A DNA stretch of 64,000 bases. Origin: an uncultured Azospirillum sp. Its GTDB lineage: Bacteria > Pseudomonadota > Alphaproteobacteria > RF32 > CAG-239. Position numbers and translations under genes: made by a program. Positions 20,390 through 28,317 of this stretch are shown one piece after another. Every line of letters begins with the position of its first letter. Position 1 is the stretch's first letter. The notes under the pieces are model-generated. The model saw only the letters and a list, made by a program, of their open reading frames with translations. It searched no databases and was not told the origin of the DNA. The stretch lies in contig UQCS01000006.1 in NCBI GenBank assembly GCA_900539605.1, forward strand, positions 4,601 through 68,600, in the 5' to 3' direction.

Positions 20390-21292
20390 ATGCTTTGGAT
20401 CATTGACGGCCTGATTTACGGTTTTTTTACCGCCATTTATACCATTTTCAACCAGCACTATAAGCTCAATGCTTATTTGCTGGGAATATGGCGCGGTTGG
20501 GGCATCGCTTTTTTCTGCGCGCCTTTTCTATGGTTTTTCGAAGTCCCGACCTCTGCTTATTATTGGTTCTTGCTGATCGCTCAGGGCTTTATGATCGCTG
20601 TATACGATTCGCATTTGTTTTTTGCCTCGGCACAATACGGTGCCGGGCCTACTTCCCGGGTTATGGCCCTCACCGCAATGGTCACAACTTTTTTTTGGTG
20701 GTTTCTGACTCCTGACGACTTTTTGAAATTGTTGAACAACGGAACCGTGGTCATCACTATCATATTGCTGTTGTTCGGATTTACGGTATGTTACTGGCAA
20801 ATGATCAAATCTCCGGTGTCGCAGGAACTGGTCAATTATATGATTCCCGCCATTTTATCGCTGGCCGGCATGAGCATTGCCACCAAAGAAATTGCCATGC
20901 GCGGTTCCACCGTTTGGAGCGCAGTCACCTATTATCTTACGGTCGCTACGTTCGTCAGCGGCACAACCAACGCCTGGTGGTACATTCGCAGCACCAAACC
21001 GGGTATAAGCGGCTTTTTTAAACAGGTTTTTTCGCCCCATGTGATTAAAGCGGGCCTATATGTCATCAGCTTCAGCGCTGCATTGATTACAGCCAAAACC
21101 CTGGCGTTGCGGGTCGCACCAAACCCCGGTTACGTAACCGCTTTGCTGCTAACGGCGCCGATTTTTGTTTTCGCCCTCAACCGTTATAACAAAGTCAATG
21201 ACGACGTGTCCGTCAAAGCCGGTTTTATGATGATCGCTTTTTTGGTGGCACTGATGCTGTTGGTTACCGGCAACTTCGGCGTTAACGACTAA
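20390..21292 (+). CDS. hypothetical 10-TM membrane protein (DMT/EamA-like topology)
   Basis: Start taken at MLWIIDGLIYGFF (ATG 20390). Ten hydrophobic helices in two halves. No signature I can name with certainty. Confidence 0.5.
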   Translation: MLWIIDGLIYGFFTAIYTIFNQHYKLNAYLLGIWRGWGIAFFCAPFLWFFEVPTSAYYWFLLIAQGFMIAVYDSHLFFASAQYGAGPTSRVMALTAMVTTFFWWFLTPDDFLKLLNNGTVVITIILLLFGFTVCYWQMIKSPVSQELVNYMIPAILSLAGMSIATKEIAMRGSTVWSAVTYYLTVATFVSGTTNAWWYIRSTKPGISGFFKQVFSPHVIKAGLYVISFSAALITAKTLALRVAPNPGYVTALLLTAPIFVFALNRYNKVNDDVSVKAGFMMIAFLVALMLLVTGNFGVND

Positions 21293-21295
21293 GTT

Positions 21296-21316
21296 AATCA
21301 GCCCTTATACGAACTT
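21296..21316. repeat. direct repeat copy A (AATCAGCCCTTATACGAACTT)
   Basis: 20/21 identical to 21419-21439. The similarity continues imperfectly for about 6 more nt. Confidence 0.8.
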
Positions 21317-21418
21317 GTAAAGTTCGGAGAATGAGACGAGTGGTAAGAAATAAGGAAAATTGCGAGGGCGCGTACAAAATAGTACGTAACCGAGTAATTT
21401 ATTCGCAATTTCTGTACC

Positions 21419-21439
21419 AATCGGCCCTTATACGAACTT
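21419..21439. repeat. direct repeat copy B (AATCGGCCCTTATACGAACTT), abuts the ftsK stop codon
   Basis: See copy A. The last base is the first base of the ftsK stop triplet on the other strand. Confidence 0.8.
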
Positions 21440-23715
21440 TAAAGGATCTCGCGCTTACCACTATGATCAGCCGCTGACAATACGCCTTCTTCTTCCATGC
21501 GTTCTATCAACACCGCAGCCCGATTATAACCGATGCGGAGACGTCGTTGAACATAACTGATTGAAGTTTTTTTGTCGTTGCGCACAATCGCTACGGCCTG
21601 ATTATAGAGATCGTCATCGCTGTTACCCATCGCTGTTTTATCAAAAACAGCACCGGAGTCTTTGACATTGAGCTCGCCTTCAGTCACACCTTCAACGTAT
21701 TCGGGCTCTTTCTGGGCCTTCAGATATTCGACAATTTTTTCAACTTCCTGATCTTTGACAAAGGAACCGTGAACACGGATCGGACGCTGACCGGCCGGCA
21801 TGTACAGCATATCGCCCATGCCGAGCAGTTGTTCGGCACCCTGCTCCCCGAGAATCGTGCGGCTGTCGATTTTCGAAGTTACCTGAAAACTGATACGGGT
21901 GGGAAAGTTGGCTTTGATCACACCGGTAATGACGTCTACCGAAGGACGTTGTGTCGATAAGATAAGGTGGATACCGGCCGCACGCGCCATTTGCGCCAGG
22001 CGTTGGATTGCCGCTTCCACTTCCTTACCCGCCACCAGCATCAGGTCAGCCATTTCATCAACCACCACCACAATGTAAGGCAGCGGCGTCAAGTCCAGTT
22101 CTTGCTCTTCATACAACGGCGCACCGGTTGAGGCGTCAAAGCCGGTTTGAACCGTACGCACACAGCGTTCGCCGCTGTTACGCAGTTCCTCAAGCTTTTT
22201 ATTGTAACCGGATATATTGCGTACATTCAGTTGCGCCATCGCCCGATAACGGTCTTCCATTTCCTTCACGGCCCATTTTAATCCGAGTACCGCTTTGGCC
22301 GGATCGGTAATCACCGGCGTCAGCAGATGCGGAATTCCGTTATAAACCGAAAACTCCAGCATTTTGGGATCGATCATGATCAGTTTGCATTCATCGGGAC
22401 GCATCCGGTACAACAATGACAAAATCATTGAGTTCATACCGACCGATTTACCCGAACCGGTGGTCCCGGCAACCAGCAGATGCGGCATTTTGGCCAAATC
22501 GGCATAAACGTTTTCGCCGCCGATATCTTTACCCAGCACCACGTTAAGCGCATTTTTGCTGTCCTGAAAACCCTCACCTTCAAATAACTCACGCAACCAA
22601 ACAATTTCACGGGTGGTGTTCGGCAACTCAATGCCGATGGTATTTGAACCCGCAACCACAGCAATTCGCACCGAAACCGCCGACATCGAACGTGCAATAT
22701 CGTCGGCCAAACCGATCACCCGTGCTGTCTTGGTTCCCGGAGCCGGTTCCAATTCATACAGGGTAACCACCGGACCGGGACGGATTTTAACGATTTTGCC
22801 GTTAATACCAAACTCCTGCAACACTCCTTCCAAATCCTGAGCAATTTTTTGCAGCTCTTTTTCATTGACGGTCATATTACCGGATTTCACTTTCGGCGCC
22901 GTCAGCAGGCCGACATCGGGATAATGGTATCCGTCATCGGGAACCGTAACTTTTTTACCGGATCGCTGGGGTTTGGCCGTCGGACTTTTTTCCACTGGCA
23001 ATGTCGTTTTATCATCTTTAAACGCTTCCGCTTTTAATTTTGGCTCCCGACGCTCCTTTTTACCGCTTCCGGCTGCCGGTTGCGCTCCCGGTTGCGGCAA
23101 CAAACGGTATACCAGCGCCGGCAACGCCGCCAACGCCTTACCGATCAGACGGATACCGCGCCAGATCACTGTTAGCATTTTTTTAACCCCGCGGTACCAT
23201 TGAACGGCGCTGATATCAACCGTATAGCTGAAGGCAGCCACCGCCAGCAAACCTGCCGTTGCGGCCACCGTCTCGCGGCGATAGGGAAACGGCGGCACAA
23301 TTTCCAGTAGACGCGCATTGAGCATCCGGCCAATAACACCGCCGAGCGGCGCAGCAAAACGAATAAAATCAAAACAGATCATGGCCGCAACCATACCCAG
23401 TAGCCACACTACACAGTGCAGCCAAAAATATCTGATTTCCTGCAAACGGCAAAATTTATAACCCCACACCATCACCGGAATTACAAACACCGGCAAAGCC
23501 AGTCCCGAAAAGGTAAGAATAACCGCGGCCGTGTTGGCACCGGGATAACCGAAAAAATGGCTGACTTTATCCGTCGCCAGATTAAAAGAGCTGTCTGCCG
23601 GCGAAAAAAAGCATATTGCCGCCAGTACCAGCCAGCCGGCAACAATCATCAGCAAACCGTAAATACGCCGACTGACCTGATAATAGATTGTCGGTTTTTT
23701 CTTCTTTTTAGCCAT
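21439..23715 (-). CDS. ftsK: DNA translocase FtsK
   Basis: 758 aa. 4 N-terminal TM segments, Pro/Lys-rich linker, motor domain (Walker A GTTGSGKS; VVVVDEMADL; STQRPS) and the C-terminal gamma winged-helix (ISYVQRRLRIGYNRAA). Confidence 0.9.
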   Translation of the reverse strand: MAKKKKKPTIYYQVSRRIYGLLMIVAGWLVLAAICFFSPADSSFNLATDKVSHFFGYPGANTAAVILTFSGLALPVFVIPVMVWGYKFCRLQEIRYFWLHCVVWLLGMVAAMICFDFIRFAAPLGGVIGRMLNARLLEIVPPFPYRRETVAATAGLLAVAAFSYTVDISAVQWYRGVKKMLTVIWRGIRLIGKALAALPALVYRLLPQPGAQPAAGSGKKERREPKLKAEAFKDDKTTLPVEKSPTAKPQRSGKKVTVPDDGYHYPDVGLLTAPKVKSGNMTVNEKELQKIAQDLEGVLQEFGINGKIVKIRPGPVVTLYELEPAPGTKTARVIGLADDIARSMSAVSVRIAVVAGSNTIGIELPNTTREIVWLRELFEGEGFQDSKNALNVVLGKDIGGENVYADLAKMPHLLVAGTTGSGKSVGMNSMILSLLYRMRPDECKLIMIDPKMLEFSVYNGIPHLLTPVITDPAKAVLGLKWAVKEMEDRYRAMAQLNVRNISGYNKKLEELRNSGERCVRTVQTGFDASTGAPLYEEQELDLTPLPYIVVVVDEMADLMLVAGKEVEAAIQRLAQMARAAGIHLILSTQRPSVDVITGVIKANFPTRISFQVTSKIDSRTILGEQGAEQLLGMGDMLYMPAGQRPIRVHGSFVKDQEVEKIVEYLKAQKEPEYVEGVTEGELNVKDSGAVFDKTAMGNSDDDLYNQAVAIVRNDKKTSISYVQRRLRIGYNRAAVLIERMEEEGVLSAADHSGKREIL

Positions 23716-23733
23716 TGCTTTTCCTCAGAATCC

Positions 23734-24162
23734 TCAGTGTTGACAAAAACGGCCGTCTGCCATCTTGATCATAATTGCACGTTTAATATCGCTGATCAGC
23801 GCTTTTGCTGCTTCGGGATCATAATTTTCTTTATGACCGTCCCACACCGTTCCCGGCCAATCGGGATCGCCTTCGAAACGGGCGATGATATGGACATGCA
23901 ACTGCGGCGTCTTGTTGCCGATCATCGCCACATTAGTCTGTGCCGGTTTAAACAATTCGCACATTACTTCTTCGCAAAGGGCAATTTCCCGCATCAGTTG
24001 CAAACGTTCTTCCATGGTCAGAAAAGTCATGTTTTTGACTTTTTCCCGCCGGGGAACCAAAAAAATCCAAGGATAAAGACGGTTATTTTCAAACAACACC
24101 CGGCACAATTTCATATCAACGACAAAATCTTTGGCAGCCAGTCCCGGCACTAATTCGAACAT
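23734..24162 (-). CDS. HIT-family hydrolase
   Basis: 142 aa from ATG 24162 (GGAGAAG SD 7 nt upstream). Histidine-triad-like QLHVHIIAR. 18 nt upstream of ftsK on the same strand. Confidence 0.75.
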   Translation of the reverse strand: MFELVPGLAAKDFVVDMKLCRVLFENNRLYPWIFLVPRREKVKNMTFLTMEERLQLMREIALCEEVMCELFKPAQTNVAMIGNKTPQLHVHIIARFEGDPDWPGTVWDGHKENYDPEAAKALISDIKRAIMIKMADGRFCQH

Positions 24163-24312
24163 AGTCACTTCTCCGTTTTTTTGCAAAATAAACTGCCCGG
24201 ATTATAGCCCGCCAAATCTTTCTCTAAAGTTAACAAACGGTTTTTAAACTTGACTTTTTTTGCATTATACGTTTAAAACCGAAAAGATATTAATGAACCA
24301 GAGAGGTTTTTT

Positions 24313-25257
24313 ATGAAAAACGCTTTTGTTTTTCCCGGACAGGGTTCTCAATTCGTCGGAATGGGAAAAGACCTGGCCGAAAACTTTGCTTCCGCCAGGG
24401 AAGTATTTCAGGAAATTGACAATACCCTCAATCAGAATTTATTTGAGTTAATGTGCAACGGGCCCGAACATGAGTTAACGCTGACGGCTAACACCCAACC
24501 GGCTTTAATGGCAGTGTCCATGGCGGTGGTTCGGGTACTGGAAAAAGAGTTCGGTATTGCCTTAAAAGACAAGGCTGCCTTTGTTGCCGGACATTCCCTC
24601 GGCGAATATTCCGCCGCCTGCGCTGCCGGCGTATTTTCGCTGGCCGATACGGCACGGTTATTGCGCGCCCGCGGCGACGCGATGCAAAAAGCGGTGCCTT
24701 TCGGTGTCGGCGGCATGGCTGCTGTCATCGGCGTTTCTTTTAAGGACATTAACGCGTTGGTTGAAGCCTGCCGCGACGAAAACAACATCTGTGTCGCTGC
24801 CAACGACAATTCGGACGGTCAGGTGGTTCTTTCCGGAAACATGGCTGCCATTGACAAAGCGGTAGAAATTGCACCGGAGTTCGGTGCCAAACGCTGCATC
24901 AAATTACCGGTTTCCGCACCTTTTCACAGCCCGTTGATGCAACCGGCGGCCGAAACTATGGCCCGCGTTTTGATGGAAGTGGAAGCCAATCCGGCACAAA
25001 TTCCGCTGATTTCCAATGTGTTGGCTCAGCCGATAACTGATGAAAAAGAAATTATCAAACGGCTGGTCGAACAAGTAACCGGTTCTGTCCGTTGGAGAGA
25101 AACCATGAACTACCTCCACGATCAGGCGGTAACGGATATTTATGAACTCGGCGCCGGAAAAGTCCTTTCCGGATTATCCAAACGGAGTTTCAAAGACATC
25201 AACGCTGCTTCTGTCTGCACCCCGGCCGAAATCGAAGAATTAGCCAAGAATTTATAA
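24313..25257 (+). CDS. fabD: malonyl-CoA:ACP transacylase
   Basis: 314 aa. FPGQGSQ and GHSLGEYSA active-site motifs. Confidence 0.9.
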   Translation: MKNAFVFPGQGSQFVGMGKDLAENFASAREVFQEIDNTLNQNLFELMCNGPEHELTLTANTQPALMAVSMAVVRVLEKEFGIALKDKAAFVAGHSLGEYSAACAAGVFSLADTARLLRARGDAMQKAVPFGVGGMAAVIGVSFKDINALVEACRDENNICVAANDNSDGQVVLSGNMAAIDKAVEIAPEFGAKRCIKLPVSAPFHSPLMQPAAETMARVLMEVEANPAQIPLISNVLAQPITDEKEIIKRLVEQVTGSVRWRETMNYLHDQAVTDIYELGAGKVLSGLSKRSFKDINAASVCTPAEIEELAKNL

Positions 25258-25285
25258 AACCAAACCCTAACACAAGGAACTTAAC

Positions 25286-26023
25286 ATGTTTGAAATTAAA
25301 GACAAAGTTGCTCTGATCACCGGTGCCAGTGGCGGCCTCGGCGATAAAATTGCCCGCACCCTGCATGCTCAGGGCGCAACCCTCGCCTTAACCGACCGCA
25401 ATGCGGAAAGGATGGAACAACTCAAAGCCGAACTCGGCGACAACGTAGAATGCTTTGTAGCCGACCTCGGCAATTCCGAAGCTATCAATCAGCTGGTTAA
25501 AGACGTTGAAGCCAAATTCGGCCGCATCGACATTTTAGTCAACAATGCCGGCCTGACCCGCGACAATCTTTTTATCCGCATGAGTGACGAAGAATGGCAG
25601 CTGGTTTTAGACGTTAACCTTACTGCCGGTTTCAAACTGGCTAAAGCAGCCGTTCGCGGCATGATGAAACGCCGTTTCGGCCGCATCATCGGTATTGCTT
25701 CGGTTGTCGGTGTTACCGGAAATGCCGGACAGGCCAACTACTCCGCTTCCAAAGCCGGTATGATTGCCATGAACAAATGCCTGGCTCAGGAAGTCGGTTC
25801 GCGCGGTATTACCGTCAACTCCATTGCACCGGGTTTCATCAGAACCCCGATGACTGACGTGCTTCCGGACGACGTCAAAGCGGCTCTGCTGGCCAAAATT
25901 CCCGAAGCCAAACTCGGCGAAGCTCAGGATATTGCGAATGTTGTCGCTTTTCTGGCCAGTGACGAAGCTCAATACATCACCGGTCAGACCATTAACATCA
26001 ATGGCGGTATGGCCATGATCTAA
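25286..26023 (+). CDS. fabG: 3-oxoacyl-ACP reductase
   Basis: 245 aa SDR. TGASGGLG cofactor motif, NNAG, YSASKAG catalytic motif. Follows fabD. Confidence 0.9.
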   Translation: MFEIKDKVALITGASGGLGDKIARTLHAQGATLALTDRNAERMEQLKAELGDNVECFVADLGNSEAINQLVKDVEAKFGRIDILVNNAGLTRDNLFIRMSDEEWQLVLDVNLTAGFKLAKAAVRGMMKRRFGRIIGIASVVGVTGNAGQANYSASKAGMIAMNKCLAQEVGSRGITVNSIAPGFIRTPMTDVLPDDVKAALLAKIPEAKLGEAQDIANVVAFLASDEAQYITGQTININGGMAMI

Positions 26024-26044
26024 ATGGTTAATTCCGATCAAAGC

Positions 26045-26076
26045 AAAAAACCCTGCCTTATCGACAGGGTTTTTTT
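26045..26076 (+). terminator. rho-independent terminator after fabG
   Basis: aaaaaaCCCTG-ccttatcga-CAGGGttttttt. Confidence 0.75.
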
Positions 26077-26112
26077 CATTTGCTGTAGTATCATTTGCAA
26101 ATGCGGCAAAAA

Positions 26113-26132
26113 AACGATCGTTTTTTTGTTAC
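26113..26132. repeat. left arm of a 20-bp perfect inverted repeat (AACGATCGTTTTTTTGTTAC), embedded in a 22-nt perfect palindrome at 26107-26128
   Basis: The reverse complement is identical to 26234-26253. CAAAAAAACGATCGTTTTTTTG is itself palindromic. Confidence 0.85.
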
Positions 26133-26233
26133 AAACTCTTTTTCCAGAAAAAATAAATCAATTTTAAAATAATTTGTTGATTTTTAGTAATAAATGAATT
26201 GCCTTTTAAATATTAAAGTTGTATCCTGATTAT

Positions 26234-26253
26234 GTAACAAAAAAACGATCGTT
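26234..26253. repeat. right arm of the 20-bp perfect inverted repeat (GTAACAAAAAAACGATCGTT)
   Basis: Exact reverse complement of 26113-26132. The arms enclose 101 bp of very AT-rich DNA. Confidence 0.85.
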
Positions 26254-26288
26254 AATTGACTTTTCTACACATCTTCTTTTAACTGGTT

Positions 26289-26375
26289 TCATATATACTC
26301 AACTATTTTTTGGGTATTCTTTCCGGTGGTATCAACATAGTACCCTTTACTCCACAATTTTCTGTATTTCCCCAT
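26289..26375 (-). pseudogene. remnant of an IS200/IS605-family Y1 transposase (tnpA), C-terminal fragment
   Basis: The minus strand encodes MGKYRKLWSKGYYVDTTGKNTQKIVEYI*. This matches the conserved C-terminal block of Y1 transposases (..LWsrGYyvdTvG....I..YI..). The frame is closed by TAG two codons upstream. Neighbouring frames up to ~26450 carry further shifted fragments (..ANFSIYRRWGN..). The catalytic HUH/Tyr part is absent. Confidence 0.6.
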
Positions 26376-26492
26376 CGCCTATATATTGAAAAATTTGCCA
26401 TACCGTCTTGCATACAATAGCAAAAGAGTTCTTATGTAAAACTGTAAGCTTTTCGAAACCACGCGCCTAGCACGTGGTTTTCAAGATACAAT

Positions 26493-26520
26493 AAAACCCC
26501 CGACAATGCCGGGGGTTTTG
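26493..26520 (-). terminator. rho-independent terminator of nth
   Basis: AAAACCCCCG-acaatg-CCGGGGGTTTT. On the minus strand it is followed by TTTTAT. 10 nt below the nth stop. Confidence 0.75.
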
Positions 26521-26530
26521 ATGTTACATC

Positions 26531-27166
26531 CTAAATTCTTTTGTCGGCCGAATAACAATAAGCAGCCACCGGACAATGACCGCAATCCGGTTTTTGCGCC
26601 TTGCAAATATAACGTCCGAACAACACCAGCCAGTGGTTAGCGTACATCAGATAACGTTCGGGCAATGCTTTCAACAAATCTTTCTCTACCGCTTCGACGT
26701 TTTTTCCCTGACTGAAATCCAGTCGGTGAGCAACCCGGAAAACATGGGTATCCACCGCCATGGTTGGCTTGCCGAACCAGACATTGAGCAGAACGTTGGC
26801 CGTTTTATGACCGACACCGGGCAATCTTTCTAACTGCTGCTGATCTTCGGGAACTTCACCGTTAAAATCACGAATCAGCATTTCGCTCATCGCAATAATA
26901 CTTTTTGCCTTATTGTTATACAAACCAATCGTTTTAATATATTCCTTCAGTTTTTCGATTCCCAACGCCAATGTTTTTTGCGGCGTATCGGCAACTTTAA
27001 ATAACTCGGCTGTTGCCCGGTTAACCCCTTTGTCGGTACTTTGCGCCGATAAAACAATTGCTACCAACAGGGTAAAGGCATTAGAATAGTACAACTCGCA
27101 TTTCGGGGCCGGATCGGCAGTTGCCAAAACATCAAAAATTTCAATAATTTCTTTCACCGGTCTCAT
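26531..27166 (-). CDS. nth: endonuclease III
   Basis: 211 aa from ATG 27166 (ATGA overlap with the tsaD stop). HhH-GPD (LPGVGHKTANV), catalytic Lys/Asp context, C-terminal Fe-S loop CKAQKPDCGHCPVAAYC. Confidence 0.9.
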   Translation of the reverse strand: MRPVKEIIEIFDVLATADPAPKCELYYSNAFTLLVAIVLSAQSTDKGVNRATAELFKVADTPQKTLALGIEKLKEYIKTIGLYNNKAKSIIAMSEMLIRDFNGEVPEDQQQLERLPGVGHKTANVLLNVWFGKPTMAVDTHVFRVAHRLDFSQGKNVEAVEKDLLKALPERYLMYANHWLVLFGRYICKAQKPDCGHCPVAAYCYSADKRI

Positions 27167-28239
27167 GCTTTGACACCTCCGGCACCGGCTGCTTTTGGTG
27201 CGTTTTCGTCCAACGGCCAACGCGGACGCGGCTTAAAATCGAGATTATCGGTCAACCCGGCGGCAAAACGCTCCAAACCGGCCCATGCAATCATAACTCC
27301 GTTGTCGGTACACCAATGCACCGGCGGCGCTGCAAAAATCAGCCCCTTACCCTCGGCCAATTGCTCAAGTTGTTGCCGCAGATAGCCGTTAGCCGCCACC
27401 CCACCCGCAACTACCATGTGCTTGCCCTGAGGATATTTTTGCTTAAAAACATCGGCTGCACGGGCAAGCTTGTCAATCAGGCATTCGGTGGCGGTTTTTT
27501 GAAAACAGGCACAAATATCCGCGGTATCTTTTTTAGATAAAATGACATGTTCAATATTACCGCCTTCGTCATAAGACTCGATAATTTTGCGCACAGCCGT
27601 TTTTAATCCAGAAAAAGACAGATTACAGTCCCCCGACCCTTTGAGCGGATGCGGCAAGACAAAACGGTTTTCATCACCGACTTCCGCCATTTTTTCGATC
27701 ATCGGACCTCCCGGATAACCGAGATTGAGCATTTTTGCCACTTTGTCAAAAGCTTCACCGGCAGCATCGTCGATTGTGGTTCCCAAACGTTCATAATCCC
27801 CGACTCCCTTTACGACCAGAATTTGGCAATGCCCTCCTGAAACCAGCAGCAGCAAATAGGGGTAAACGACATCGTTGGTCAGCCGCGAAACCAACGCGTG
27901 CCCTTCCAAATGGTTAACCGCCACGAAAGGTTTATTCAGAGCCAGAGCCAGCGCTTTGGCCGCCATTACGCCGACCACCACGCCGCCGATCAGTCCCGGA
28001 CCGGCCGCCGCTGCCACCGCGTCAATTTGTTGCGGCTGCACTCCGGCTTTGGCAAAAGTGTGAGCAATAATATCGTCAATATGATCCAAATGCGAGCGAG
28101 CAGCGATTTCGGGCACCACGCCGCCGTAAATTTTATGTTCTTCCTGCGACAATACCGTTTCCGCCAGAATTTCCTTTTTTTCGTTGACCAAGGCGGCGGC
28201 TGTTTCGTCGCAACTGCTTTCAATTCCTAAAACTATCAT
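27163..28239 (-). CDS. tsaD: tRNA N6-adenosine threonylcarbamoyltransferase TsaD (Kae1/Gcp)
   Basis: 358 aa. IVLGIESSCDETAAA, HLEGH, GGVAAN motifs of the Kae1/TsaD family. Confidence 0.9.
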   Translation of the reverse strand: MIVLGIESSCDETAAALVNEKKEILAETVLSQEEHKIYGGVVPEIAARSHLDHIDDIIAHTFAKAGVQPQQIDAVAAAAGPGLIGGVVVGVMAAKALALALNKPFVAVNHLEGHALVSRLTNDVVYPYLLLLVSGGHCQILVVKGVGDYERLGTTIDDAAGEAFDKVAKMLNLGYPGGPMIEKMAEVGDENRFVLPHPLKGSGDCNLSFSGLKTAVRKIIESYDEGGNIEHVILSKKDTADICACFQKTATECLIDKLARAADVFKQKYPQGKHMVVAGGVAANGYLRQQLEQLAEGKGLIFAAPPVHWCTDNGVMIAWAGLERFAAGLTDNLDFKPRPRWPLDENAPKAAGAGGVKA

Positions 28240-28317
28240 TATTTTTATCTTTGAGAAATTTTAACTTTTGAAGGTTACTATAAACTATTAAAAAAAATAT
28301 TACAAAGGAAATAAACA

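Noticed and set aside
23416-24153. 245-aa plus-strand ORF spanning the ftsK 5' end and the HIT gene
   Set aside because: It crosses two well-supported minus-strand genes and their intergenic spacer, and it has a low-complexity composition.
26024-26530. Looked for acpP (expected after fabD-fabG) and for any ncRNA such as 6S or tmRNA in this 500-bp gap
   Set aside because: No frame encodes an ACP-like sequence (no DSL motif). Apart from the IS200 remnant and the inverted repeats, I could not recognise any known RNA family.
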